From a virus (lineage: Duplodnaviria; Caudoviricetes), in IMG/VR virus record IMGVR_UViG_3300037692_000028, positions 1 through 32,003 of that record: a DNA stretch of 32,003 nt; one strand, written 5' to 3'. Under the pieces are notes generated by a model. That model saw only the letters and a list, made by a program, of their open reading frames with translations. It was not told where the DNA came from and made no database searches. The position numbers were made by a program, and so were the translations under genes. Numbering within the stretch: the first letter of the stretch is position 1; every line of letters starts with the position of its first letter. Below, piece after piece: positions 24,379 through 32,003 of the stretch.

Positions 24379-25778
24379 GGCGCGCCCAGTTCTGATATTA
24401 CGGAATCGAGCGCGCCGGCCGGGTCGTCCGTCAGGTCATCGCCTGGCAGCTCCCGCTCTGGCTCTATGTCGATCATCAGCAGCTCGCGCTTCTTGGCCTC
24501 TTCCAGCACCTCGGCATCGCTCAGGAGCTCGCGCAGGGCAGTCAGTACGCCAACGTCTGCGGCGCGCACCTGGGACTGCTCAAGCTGGCTCAGCGACCAC
24601 AGCGGCTCAAACACCACATCTATCGCTTTGGCGTTGTACTCGTCGCCCAGCGCGGACGGCCCCATGACCGACAGCAACTTGATCAGTTGCGGGCGCAGTT
24701 TCTGCTTCTGCTCTGACTCAAGTCGGCCGTAGTAGTTTTCGAGGTCGCCCTCGCCGGTAGCGTTCAGGCCGCCAGGGGCTTGCCCGAGGAATCGCGTTGC
24801 CGGGATGTCAGATGCCGCCGACAGGATCTGCAGGAAGGTCATTACCAGTTCCGGCACGCTGCCGAATTGCGGGCTGATGGTGGTGATCGGATCAGTTTGG
24901 CCAGGCGCCCGGTCGATCACGGCGCCCCTGAACAAATTGATTTGGTTGATGATTTCTTGCATTTGCGCGAGCTTGGACTGGCCTTCCTTTGTCGCGGAAA
25001 GGTCCATGGTGTCAGTCTGGAACAGGAACACGCTTGCGCGCTGGACAAGCTGATAGGCCGCCTGGCGCGAACCAGTGGCGCGGGTCAGGTCGTCGAGGAT
25101 GCTCATCAGGACCGACACGCCGAAACCGTCACTGCGCGTCCACTGGCTCGGCATGATGGTCGAGTCGGGCACCTGTAGCAGCGGGTCGCCCTTGAACAGT
25201 AGCAGGCGCGAGATATGCACCTGAACGCCGTTGACCCAGTAGCAGACAGGTCGGCCGTAGGTCGGGCTCAGTGGGTCGTAGTCGAGCGCGGTGTTAGCCA
25301 CGCGGGTGCGCGGGATCACGTTCAGGAACTTCAGGCAGCCCTTTTTCAGCGCGGCGTAGTTCACCGGGATATCAGGAGTTGCGGCGCCATCAGCAATTCC
25401 CATAAAGATGATACAGCCGCCGATCAGGCGTTCAAGGCGCACGGCCTGCTTGATCTGCTCCAGCGCGCCAAGTCCGTCCTGCAGGGTGATCAGCACGGAC
25501 TCTTGGTCGTCGGTCAGCCCTTCATAGTCCCAGCCGTCGCGCAGCATGTCGTCGACCGGGATCGACACAATCTTCTTGGCCGCCCAGTCGGAGTAGTAGA
25601 GGTCAACGACAAACTTGTCTTGCTGCCAGGGCGTCAGCGGCGTGGATGCCGGCTGCTGGTACTGGCCATAGTCGAACTCGGAGCCGATGCCGGACGAACG
25701 CCCGACGTTGTTCGCGACCTTGGCCTTGTTGGCCGGCGCGGCTTTAGGCCTGCTGTTCCGCTGCTTGCGTCTCGACAC
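24375..25778 (-). CDS. Portal protein (DUF1073-like)
   Basis: LYYSDWAAKKIVSIPVDDMLRDG, SDIPATRFLGQAPGGLNATGEGDLENYY, FEPLW; start reassigned to GTG 25778 with SD GGAGG. Confidence 0.92.
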   Translation of the reverse strand: MSRRKQRNSRPKAAPANKAKVANNVGRSSGIGSEFDYGQYQQPASTPLTPWQQDKFVVDLYYSDWAAKKIVSIPVDDMLRDGWDYEGLTDDQESVLITLQDGLGALEQIKQAVRLERLIGGCIIFMGIADGAATPDIPVNYAALKKGCLKFLNVIPRTRVANTALDYDPLSPTYGRPVCYWVNGVQVHISRLLLFKGDPLLQVPDSTIMPSQWTRSDGFGVSVLMSILDDLTRATGSRQAAYQLVQRASVFLFQTDTMDLSATKEGQSKLAQMQEIINQINLFRGAVIDRAPGQTDPITTISPQFGSVPELVMTFLQILSAASDIPATRFLGQAPGGLNATGEGDLENYYGRLESEQKQKLRPQLIKLLSVMGPSALGDEYNAKAIDVVFEPLWSLSQLEQSQVRAADVGVLTALRELLSDAEVLEEAKKRELLMIDIEPERELPGDDLTDDPAGALDSVISELGAP

Positions 25779-27261
25779 GCTTCTTGCCTCCGCCGTAATG
25801 TGACCAGATTGATGTGGCCATCGTAACATTATCCACATCGTCATCGTGAGCGTGCGAATCGTCTGCCGTGAAAGCTGAGCATTGATCGACCACGCTGTCA
25901 ATCCATGGCGCGACTTCTGGATCTGGAAGCCACACGTCGCCGGAGAAGATCAGCCACGACGCTTCCTTGACGCGCCCCACCTTGTCATCGGGATAGCCGT
26001 AGTCCTTCGGCTTCCAAGCGTGTGCACGCACACCATTACGGCGCAGGGACTGGACCAGGCTGAGTCCGGTTGCCTTGGCCTCGATGTACATCCGCTTCGC
26101 GTCAGGGCAGGTATCCCAAAACTCTTTTGCTGTCGGTAGCAGGACGGGGAACTCCCAGTGCCCCGATACTCTGTCGAGCAGGTACAGGCGCTTTCCGCCC
26201 TCGGCGCCCCACAGCATCAGGCTGCTCGGATCGTTCGCGCTGTCCTTCGTATAGGCCGTGTCAGCGGTGAAGAAAAAGAACGTGCAGCGGCGCATGACTT
26301 CTTCCTTGTCGGCGAAGAATCGCCACCAGGACGCCTTGAGCAGGGTTCCTTCAAGCGACTTCGGGTTCTGCTGCATCTGAGAATTGAACATCGCCCTGGC
26401 GATCTGGTTCACTTCGCCGCGGTCGTTCTTCTTATCCCGCATCGCCTTCAGCGCTTCAACCGTGTGCTTTGCCGGCCATAGGGCGCGCTCGGTTTCTAGG
26501 CTCTCGTCGATCAGGGCGGGCATGGTGCGGTGGAACCACTTCAGCTCGGTATCCGCCAGCAGCATGGCGGTGAAATCCTTCTCGTGCACGCGCTGCATAA
26601 CCACGATGATTGGCGTTCGCGGGCTGTTGCGGCGGGACTTGATCGTCTCGTCAAAGCGCCGGTTCACACCCTCGCGCACGGTGTCATGGCGAGCGTCATC
26701 AGGTTTTAGCGGGTCGTCTATCGAAATCGCGCCAGAGAATGTGTACTGATCGCCGTCCACCTCATCCATTCGGCCTGCACCGAAGCCGGTAACCGACCCG
26801 CCCGCCGCCGTAGCCAGGAACATGCCGCCTTCCTGGGTCGACCAGGCGCCCTTGGCGTCCTTGTTGTCGCGGATGGTGATATGGGGCCAAAGCTGGCGAA
26901 ATTCAGACGACTTGATGATCGCCCGGATGCTATCGGAGTTGTCCAGGGCCAGCGGGTTGGAATACGAAAGGTGGATGAATTCACATAGCGGGTTCTTGAC
27001 GTAGCACCAGGCCGTGAACATGACCACGACCAGTTCCGTCTTGGAGTACCGGGGCGGCATGTTCAGGATGTAGTTCTGGATTTCGCCGCGATAGACCCTC
27101 ATTAGGTCTTCGCAGATCAGGTGATGGTGGTCGCTGAAAACGAACTTAGAGCCCTTGCGGGCCTTGAACATATAGCGAACGAAGAAGGTAAAGTCTTCCT
27201 CGCACCTTTCCCGAATGCGCTGGATCAGGTGCGCAGGTGTCAGCCCGAGCGGGTTAGACAT
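25744..27261 (-). CDS. terL: Terminase large subunit
   Basis: Walker A variant NMPPRYSKTE, Walker B ISIDDPLK, MQRVHEKD, nuclease ADTA...IEAKATG...HDDDVD. Confidence 0.95.
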   Translation of the reverse strand: MSNPLGLTPAHLIQRIRERCEEDFTFFVRYMFKARKGSKFVFSDHHHLICEDLMRVYRGEIQNYILNMPPRYSKTELVVVMFTAWCYVKNPLCEFIHLSYSNPLALDNSDSIRAIIKSSEFRQLWPHITIRDNKDAKGAWSTQEGGMFLATAAGGSVTGFGAGRMDEVDGDQYTFSGAISIDDPLKPDDARHDTVREGVNRRFDETIKSRRNSPRTPIIVVMQRVHEKDFTAMLLADTELKWFHRTMPALIDESLETERALWPAKHTVEALKAMRDKKNDRGEVNQIARAMFNSQMQQNPKSLEGTLLKASWWRFFADKEEVMRRCTFFFFTADTAYTKDSANDPSSLMLWGAEGGKRLYLLDRVSGHWEFPVLLPTAKEFWDTCPDAKRMYIEAKATGLSLVQSLRRNGVRAHAWKPKDYGYPDDKVGRVKEASWLIFSGDVWLPDPEVAPWIDSVVDQCSAFTADDSHAHDDDVDNVTMATSIWSHYGGGKKRVETQAAEQQA

Positions 27262-27850
27262 CTTGCTCTATGGCTTTGTCCAGGGCTGCGCGCTGGGCGT
27301 CTGTCAGGTCAAGGTCAGTGGTCGTCACGCTGGCCTGCACCTTGGTCGGCGCGTTCCATCCCTGCATGTCGGCAAGCTGCTTGATGGCAGCCAGCGGCGA
27401 ATGGGTCTTGATCTTGATGCCGTCGCGCCCGGTACTCAGCTCGGCAATTGCCGCCATCTGCTTCGGGTCTTGCATGGCGCTGGGCTTGATCCTCCATGAC
27501 GCCTGGATGATCGGCTCACCAGTCTCTTCGTCCGTGCCAAGCTCATAGCTACCGAACTCAACCAAGTCCTTCAGGTCGGTGCGGGCGAGAGCGGAAAGCT
27601 TCTCCATGGCTTCCTGGCGGCCCATTACGGCCTCAGACACGGCCGCTTCCTTCATGGCATCCATGAAAGACTTGACCTTTGCGTCAGTTAGCATTCGAGA
27701 AGCTATCGCATCCGCTGCTTTCTCGTCTTCTGCGGTCCCGCCTGACACGTAATACGCCTGGCGTTGAGTCATCCCCGAAAGCACGTTCGTGGCTACCCGC
27801 TGCTGTAGCTGGGTGAGCTGATCGAATAGGAATTTCTGGTCAGGGGTCAT
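27254..27850 (-). CDS. terS: Terminase small subunit
   Basis: N-terminal HTH-like TQRQAY...ASRML-VK; KIKTHSPLAAIKQLADMQGW; directly upstream of terL. Confidence 0.9.
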   Translation of the reverse strand: MTPDQKFLFDQLTQLQQRVATNVLSGMTQRQAYYVSGGTAEDEKAADAIASRMLTDAKVKSFMDAMKEAAVSEAVMGRQEAMEKLSALARTDLKDLVEFGSYELGTDEETGEPIIQASWRIKPSAMQDPKQMAAIAELSTGRDGIKIKTHSPLAAIKQLADMQGWNAPTKVQASVTTTDLDLTDAQRAALDKAIEQDV

Positions 27851-28084
27851 TGCAGCATCCGGTCAATTGAATAGGGGTGCCGCTTTTCCAGGCCCTGGCG
27901 CGGCTACCAGGCTATGACGATTGCCCTACCACATTTTAACCATGTCATGGGCTTTGCCTTTTACGGCAACCAGCGTGTGCTGTGGCGATGTTACCGTGCC
28001 ATGGAGGAAAGCGGCTCAGCCCGGCCCGATGTGGAAACGGTAAAGCCGCGTGTGCGGGCACTGGTCGGTCGGCGTTGGTTGTTC

Positions 28085-28226
28085 GTGCATCGGTAATGGG
28101 TTGGCCGGCCTACCGGCGCTACGTCTATTTGAAAACTGGGCGGCCTCCCGATGGTGCTACCCCACGTCCGCTTCAACCCATTCCGATGCACCCTGTCGCC
28201 AGGATGCCGGGCCTGTCCCTCCAGGC
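28085..28226 (-). other. Structured RNA element in the late leader (18-bp bulged stem plus two CCUG/CAGG hairpins)
   Basis: Arms 28085-28103 and 28174-28191; hairpin with GCGA tetraloop 28188-28207; hairpin with GAGGGA loop 28211-28226. Confidence 0.6.
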
Positions 28227-28407
28227 TGTACCACAACTCTTAGCTGGTGGCGCTCATTGGCGGCCTTCGTATACCTAGGGCCATTAAATCACAACATGGA
28301 TGCCAATTCTTGCTGCAGGCTGCCGATGATTAGTCGGCGACTACTGCGGATGGACTCCAGATGGTCAAGCCACCCGCTCCTGTTCCAGTTCGCCTGCCTG
28401 CGCGATT

Positions 28408-28436
28408 AGTATATGCAGCGCCCGACCACGTTACAA
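28408..28436 (-). promoter_or_regulatory. Sigma70-type promoter heading the late leader
   Basis: TTGTAA-N17-TATACT pointing at terS. Confidence 0.65.
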
Positions 28437-28826
28437 CACCGCACGTGCATTAATCGCGCTACGGGATAGCTTGACCAGCTGCATGATGGTTTCGATTGCA
28501 CGTCCGGTCTTAACCATGGCCGGCGAGCAGCGATACACGGTGTAACCAAGGCGCATAGCCGCGTCATATTTCGCTAAATCCCCTTCGAACCCAGCGCCGC
28601 GCGTGTGCCTGCCACCAGACCAACCGCCACCCTCGACCTCGACCAGCAGCATATCGTCGACCATGGCGAAGTCGGCCCGCCAGTCCCTCAGCCCAGCAGC
28701 GGCCAGGCGGGCGCGTAGACCCTTCCCGGCGCCACCGCATGCATCTGCCGCAAACCGGTACTCTCGCTCGAACTCGACGCCGTGAGCGCGCAGGTGAAGC
28801 GCCAGGCTTTCCTCTGCCTCACTCAC
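28431..28826 (-). CDS. PD-(D/E)xK endonuclease (DUF559/Vsr-like, possible resolvase)
   Basis: EYRF...WRADFA...VEVEGG-W-GGRHTRG-GF-D-KY-A...GYTVYR. Confidence 0.85.
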   Translation of the reverse strand: MSEAEESLALHLRAHGVEFEREYRFAADACGGAGKGLRARLAAAGLRDWRADFAMVDDMLLVEVEGGGWSGGRHTRGAGFEGDLAKYDAAMRLGYTVYRCSPAMVKTGRAIETIMQLVKLSRSAINARAVL

Positions 28827-28947
28827 AGGTCATAGTCCGGCGCGCGCCGCATCGGGTGCATACCTGCTGCATCAGGGTTTCACCGTCTACTCTGGCGAGT
28901 ACGGGTAAGCCCCAGTTGCAGCCGATAAGCAGGCATAGGATCTTCAT
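28819..28947 (-). CDS. 42-aa Cys-rich small protein (PSPA7_2676-like)
   Basis: MKILCLLIGCNW...QVCTRCGARR; coupled overlaps; below ORF-track cutoff. Confidence 0.7.
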   Translation of the reverse strand: MKILCLLIGCNWGLPVLARVDGETLMQQVCTRCGARRTMTCE

Positions 28948-29132
28948 CGTGCTAACGCCTCTTTTAGTGGAACCTTTTTCCAGTCATCCGGCAGCTTGAC
29001 GACGGGGAGAACGCCGTCATCGAACAGGCCTTGCAGTAGGCGCAAGGCCAGATTCTTTCGATCTTCCGGTATCGCCAAATGGCATAGCTGTCCGTCGTGC
29101 TCAATAACTACGCACACGATTTCAGTGGTCAT
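28944..29132 (-). CDS. Hypothetical protein (62 aa)
   Basis: MTTEIVCVV... with SD GAGGG and ATGA overlap. Confidence 0.65.
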   Translation of the reverse strand: MTTEIVCVVIEHDGQLCHLAIPEDRKNLALRLLQGLFDDGVLPVVKLPDDWKKVPLKEALAR

Positions 29133-29335
29133 TCCATGCCCTCTATCGTCGCCACGGTGCCGATCTGCATTTCTGCGGCAATGTCGGTCACTGCGGCGCG
29201 GATCAGCAGGTCCATGAATCCCATCTCCTGATACTTGGTGATCAGCTCCCACACCTCATCTGAGAAGGATTCATGCATTGACAGCTGAGCCGCGAGCCTG
29301 TCCGGCTTTACACCCAAATTAGATACGTTGCTCAT
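29129..29335 (-). CDS. Hypothetical protein (68 aa)
   Basis: MSNVSNLG... with SD AAAGGA. Confidence 0.65.
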   Translation of the reverse strand: MSNVSNLGVKPDRLAAQLSMHESFSDEVWELITKYQEMGFMDLLIRAAVTDIAAEMQIGTVATIEGME

Positions 29336-29927
29336 GGTCTGATCCTTTTTGAAGGAATCGTGTGCGCAAGGCCTGCGCAATTCGTGGATCTTCCTGCATA
29401 TCAGCGTAGCGCAATGCGTGTTGGTGCTTTCTCGTCCTCCATGCCTCATGCGCATCATTTGGATCATCGAAATATCCAATATGCCCAGCTTCCCCTGTGA
29501 ACGGGTTACGACATCTGGCCTGGAACTTTCCGACCGGCTTACTCCAACAAACACCGATAGGCCAATCACCCCTTGTCCTGCCGCTATCTATTATAAAATT
29601 ATTCAATGCACACGAAACGAAAATGCACGTGCCGGCGGAGTAGACCTTGTTGCCAGGGAAAAGTATGTCCTTGTCCAGTTGTTTACCCTGCCAGTCCTGC
29701 TGATGCATCCATAGGCGAAATTGAGAAAAATACAGCCAATTTTGGCTCGCAGAGCATCCCTCGTAGGTAGGCTGCCTGCCATGATAATAGTCAGAGTAGC
29801 ATCTGCTTATCATGCTCTTCCAGGCCGAATAATACGGGCACAGCCATGCGTTCTTTCCATTCTCTCGCCGGTACACTGGCTCATCGAAATCGTTTAAGCC
29901 CATGCCGCAAATCAATTTTCTAGCCAT
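29319..29927 (-). CDS. HNH-like/AP2-domain protein
   Basis: CPYYSAWKSMISRCY...PTYEGC...W-YFSQF...QLDKDIL-GNKVYS-TCIFV plus GVCW...KFQARC...HIGYFDDPNDAHEAW; start may be 29939. Confidence 0.82.
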   Translation of the reverse strand: MARKLICGMGLNDFDEPVYRRENGKNAWLCPYYSAWKSMISRCYSDYYHGRQPTYEGCSASQNWLYFSQFRLWMHQQDWQGKQLDKDILFPGNKVYSAGTCIFVSCALNNFIIDSGRTRGDWPIGVCWSKPVGKFQARCRNPFTGEAGHIGYFDDPNDAHEAWRTRKHQHALRYADMQEDPRIAQALRTRFLQKGSDHEQRI

Positions 29928-29939
29928 TTTATCGCCCAT

Positions 29940-30048
29940 AAAAAAGGCTTCACCTGCGATCTCTCCTTTCAGAGTTGGTATAACGGGAATCAGTCCCCGC
30001 CAGATCGCATGTGAAGCCCTACTGATTTTTGCCGGATACCAAGCCGGC
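29940..30048 (-). ncRNA. Putative ~110-nt structured leader/sRNA ending in a U6 tract
   Basis: 5' hairpin, 16-bp closing stem with two inner hairpins, two 7-nt long-range complementarities; begins at the predicted start site. Confidence 0.6.
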
Positions 30049-30163
30049 ATTTGCATTGTACTGGTCGCATCTTAATCACTTCAACTGTCGCGTCGGCTCG
30101 AATCATACCAGCCTCGCGCAAAATCTCGAATTGTTCGGCGAGCCACTTCTTGCAGATTTTCAT
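29990..30163 (-). CDS. Possible 57-aa ORF reading into the structured RNA
   Basis: ATGA overlap with upstream stop, SD-like AAAGG; MKICKKWLAEQFEILREAGMI...; stop lies in the CUGA hairpin loop. Confidence 0.4.
   Translation of the reverse strand: MKICKKWLAEQFEILREAGMIRADATVEVIKMRPVQCKCRLGIRQKSVGLHMRSGGD
30055..30084 (-). promoter_or_regulatory. Sigma70-type promoter for the RNA/HNH cassette
   Basis: TTGAAG-N18-TACAAT; predicted +1 near 30048. Confidence 0.55.
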
Positions 30164-30459
30164 TTTAAACCTTTGATCGTCATCAGGCCGGACTGAATCC
30201 AGTCGGACTGGGTTTCAGCCAGCGCCCGGAGTAGGTCGCCATCAGTAAATTCGCCGCGCTTGCGCCCATCGATTATCGAGTGACACGAGTCGCAGGCGTA
30301 GCAGGCGACGCTATCCGGGCCTTTCATTCCCATACCTTTCTGGCCGCATGGGATATGCGCGAGAACGGTCGTGCCGTCGTCAAAACCGCATCCAGGGAGG
30401 CGCAGGGTGCATTTCTTGCCTCGCGCGCTATCGCGGAGTTTTTGGCTGACGACGCGCAT
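30160..30459 (-). CDS. DUF1364/YbcO-like Zn-binding nuclease-like protein
   Basis: KLRDSARGKKCTLRLPGC...TTVLAH...GMGMK...ACDSCH-IIDGR; SD GGAGG. Confidence 0.88.
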   Translation of the reverse strand: MRVVSQKLRDSARGKKCTLRLPGCGFDDGTTVLAHIPCGQKGMGMKGPDSVACYACDSCHSIIDGRKRGEFTDGDLLRALAETQSDWIQSGLMTIKGLK

Positions 30460-30890
30460 CAGTACCGCCCTCCCCAGTTGTCCTGCTGCGTCCATCTGAC
30501 CTGATGCTCGGCCCCGAAAGCTTCGATCCAAGTGATGAGCGACGCACACTTCTTGACCCCGAGCTTCGACGTCTTCTCGTAAATCACGTCAAACCCGTTA
30601 CCGTCAATCGCCGGGATCATCGTCGCGCTTTCACCAATCTCGCGCAGCCATGCCGCAGTGCAAAGGCGCTTCCATATGAGGACGTTCCACTTGCTGCCGG
30701 CGTGCTCGACCTGGCGCGCAATGTCCGACAGCATGGCGTGAAGCTTTGCGTTCTGCTCGCCGCTGCGGCCGTCATCCTTGACGGTGCAACGCATCCTGGC
30801 GCCTTCGGGCCATTGAGACACAACCTCGCGATCATGTTCCGTGGCTGGCACCAGGCCGTTGGCGGCGCGGATCAACGCTAGATCAGCCAT
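30459..30890 (-). CDS. ninB: NinB/Orf-like recombination protein
   Basis: RSGEQNAKLHAMLSDIARQV...WKRL...TSKL...IEAFGAEHQVRW. Confidence 0.85.
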   Translation of the reverse strand: MADLALIRAANGLVPATEHDREVVSQWPEGARMRCTVKDDGRSGEQNAKLHAMLSDIARQVEHAGSKWNVLIWKRLCTAAWLREIGESATMIPAIDGNGFDVIYEKTSKLGVKKCASLITWIEAFGAEHQVRWTQQDNWGGRY

Positions 30891-31404
30891 TGTCGGGATG
30901 CTTGCGGTAGCCGGCGTCGTAGATAGCATTGGCGGCCTGCTCGTCGGTCATCAGGTAAATCACCTGATGAATCCTGCGGATCTCTTGCGCCCGCTCTTCC
31001 GCCGCGATCTGTTCGGGGGTGCGGATTGGGCGGAACGTGAGCGCCATCGGCGCATAAAACCCGCCATCGGCCCCTGGCTCTTTCACCCATGACTGATGAC
31101 ATCCTTTAATGATCGCATGAGCCAAAACCTCGACCTCGCACCACAACATCTGCAGTCCGCTGGCCGTATGGTGGGGAATTCTCGCCTCGCACTTCTCGCC
31201 AACCGGAGGCATGCCGGTGCCGGTCCATGGATCTGGACGGCTGGCGATCCTGTAGAAACTGACCTTCGGCGGACCGCACAAAATCGCGTCACGGCCTTCG
31301 TACTGATGGCACTCATCCGACCAAACGACAGGATGGCCGCACGCAACGTCGACGCCAGCATGTTTTGCCCAGCTAGGCTGCTTGTTCCAATCAATGCCAC
31401 TCAT
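30883..31404 (-). CDS. Hypothetical phage protein
   Basis: IDWNKQPSWA...WTGTGMPPVGEKCE...FRPIRTPEQIAAEER...IYDAGYRK; SD GGAG. Confidence 0.8.
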   Translation of the reverse strand: MSGIDWNKQPSWAKHAGVDVACGHPVVWSDECHQYEGRDAILCGPPKVSFYRIASRPDPWTGTGMPPVGEKCEARIPHHTASGLQMLWCEVEVLAHAIIKGCHQSWVKEPGADGGFYAPMALTFRPIRTPEQIAAEERAQEIRRIHQVIYLMTDEQAANAIYDAGYRKHPDNG

Positions 31405-31589
31405 TGCGACGCACTCCAGTTCTCAGCGTTACGGGCAAGCCCACGGATGGCATTCCAAAACAGCCATGCCGGCTCATGCGCGGTTTTCAGGTCATGCGCG
31501 CTCAGGTCGTGGGCTATCCGCCAGCCGCCTACGTTGGCGATCAGCGTGTATCCAAGGTCGTGGCGCTCGCAGTACCAGCGGATGTTCAC
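31401..31589 (-). CDS. Hypothetical protein (62 aa)
   Basis: GTG 31589 overlaps upstream stop; SD-like GGGGTG. Confidence 0.55.
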   Translation of the reverse strand: MNIRWYCERHDLGYTLIANVGGWRIAHDLSAHDLKTAHEPAWLFWNAIRGLARNAENWSASQ

Positions 31590-31705
31590 AGTGCGCCACC
31601 CCACAAAATAGCGATCCCGCAAACAGCCAGCGCCCAGATGGTCGTGGCCGTGCCGATGATCGCGAAAGCGAGAAAGTAGCTGCGGGAATCGTCTTGATCT
31701 TTCAT
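31586..31705 (-). CDS. 39-aa membrane peptide
   Basis: MKDQDDSRSYFLAFAIIGTATTIWALAVCGIAILWGGAL; SD GGAGGT; ATGA overlap. Confidence 0.65.
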   Translation of the reverse strand: MKDQDDSRSYFLAFAIIGTATTIWALAVCGIAILWGGAL

Positions 31706-32001
31706 GCTGATACCTCCGGCGCAGTCAATCCGATCCAGCCGCCATCGGCGATCATTTGGCGCAGGCGTTTTTCTTGTGCGTACCTGGCTGCGTCCCTGGC
31801 TGCGGCCCAGGCTGCGTCCCAGGCTGCGGCCCAGGCTGCGGCCCCGGCTGCGGCCCAGGCTGCGGCCCCGGCTGCGGCCCCGGCTGCGTCCCCGGCTGCG
31901 GCCCCGGCTGCGTACCCGGCTGCGTACAAGGCTGCGTCGTCAACCAGTCCATCCGCAAACTGCTCTGCGACGTCCAGCGCGTTCAGACTGCGCTCATCGG
32001 T
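31702..32001 (-). CDS. Ala-rich tetrapeptide-repeat (AAWA/AARD) protein, 5'-truncated by the window edge
   Basis: Frame open from the edge: TDERSLNALDVAEQFADGLVDDAALYAAGYAAGAAAGD... Confidence 0.8.
   Translation of the reverse strand, partial: TDERSLNALDVAEQFADGLVDDAALYAAGYAAGAAAGDAAGAAAGAAAWAAAGAAAWAAAWDAAWAAARDAARYAQEKRLRQMIADGGWIGLTAPEVSA
31786..31941. repeat. 13 tandem 12-bp units GGCTGCG(G/T)NNNN
   Basis: Counted directly; invariant GGCTGCG core, variable last bases. Confidence 0.95.
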
Positions 32002-32003
32002 CA

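Larger units (their letters stand above)
1..32003. mobile_element. Tailed phage/prophage genome segment with contractile-tail (myovirus-type) morphogenesis module
   Basis: Complete ordered module terS-terL-portal-gpF-protease-decoration-capsid-neck-sheath-tube-chaperone-TMP-baseplate-fibre-lysis on the minus strand; only host-like piece is the phaZ fragment. Confidence 0.97.

Noticed and set aside
25779-25901. Longer portal N-terminus from the ORF track
   Set aside because: Overlaps the terL nuclease domain; GTG 25778 has a GGAGG SD
28085-28401. RsmY/RsmZ-like GGA sponge RNA
   Set aside because: Only one or two GGA motifs sit in clear hairpin loops; insufficient support
27982-28409. tRNA genes or protein-coding ORFs in the late leader
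   Set aside because: CCA-like ends (TGGAGG, TGGTGG on +) lack a T-loop and cloverleaf; ORFs lack SD and coding character
29940-30056. N-terminal extension of the HNH-like ORF to 30056
   Set aside because: Region is better explained as promoter and structured RNA; protein motifs begin near MARKL
31786-31941. CRISPR array or diversity-generating retroelement repeat
   Set aside because: Units are contiguous 12-mers with no spacers; no reverse transcriptase or TR/VR pair seen in the window

Overview
The whole window is tailed-phage (or prophage) DNA, GC-rich (about 60% by eye) and probably from a Pseudomonadales host. The + strand arm (1-4207) carries an SF2 helicase cut by the window edge, a beta-class amino-methyltransferase, a DUF4406-like gene and small early-type genes. 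It converges on one long minus-strand block, which runs from nin-like genes (32003-28431) through a ~580-bp structured non-coding leader to terminase, portal, head, neck, contractile tail, baseplate, fibre and lysis genes, ending in one structural-like gene at 4770. No integrase, repressor or Q-like antiterminator is recognisable. Most unusual points: (1) the 3' half of a host-type PHA depolymerase gene (phaZ) wedged at the convergence point, where int/att would be expected; (2) a promoter-driven ~110-nt pseudoknot-capable RNA in front of an HNH/AP2-like gene; (3) a 33-codon membrane-peptide ORF containing a 12-bp hairpin that hides the next gene's ribosome-binding site; (4) a hairpin-rich late leader. 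Family names come from motif recall and gene order, not database searches.
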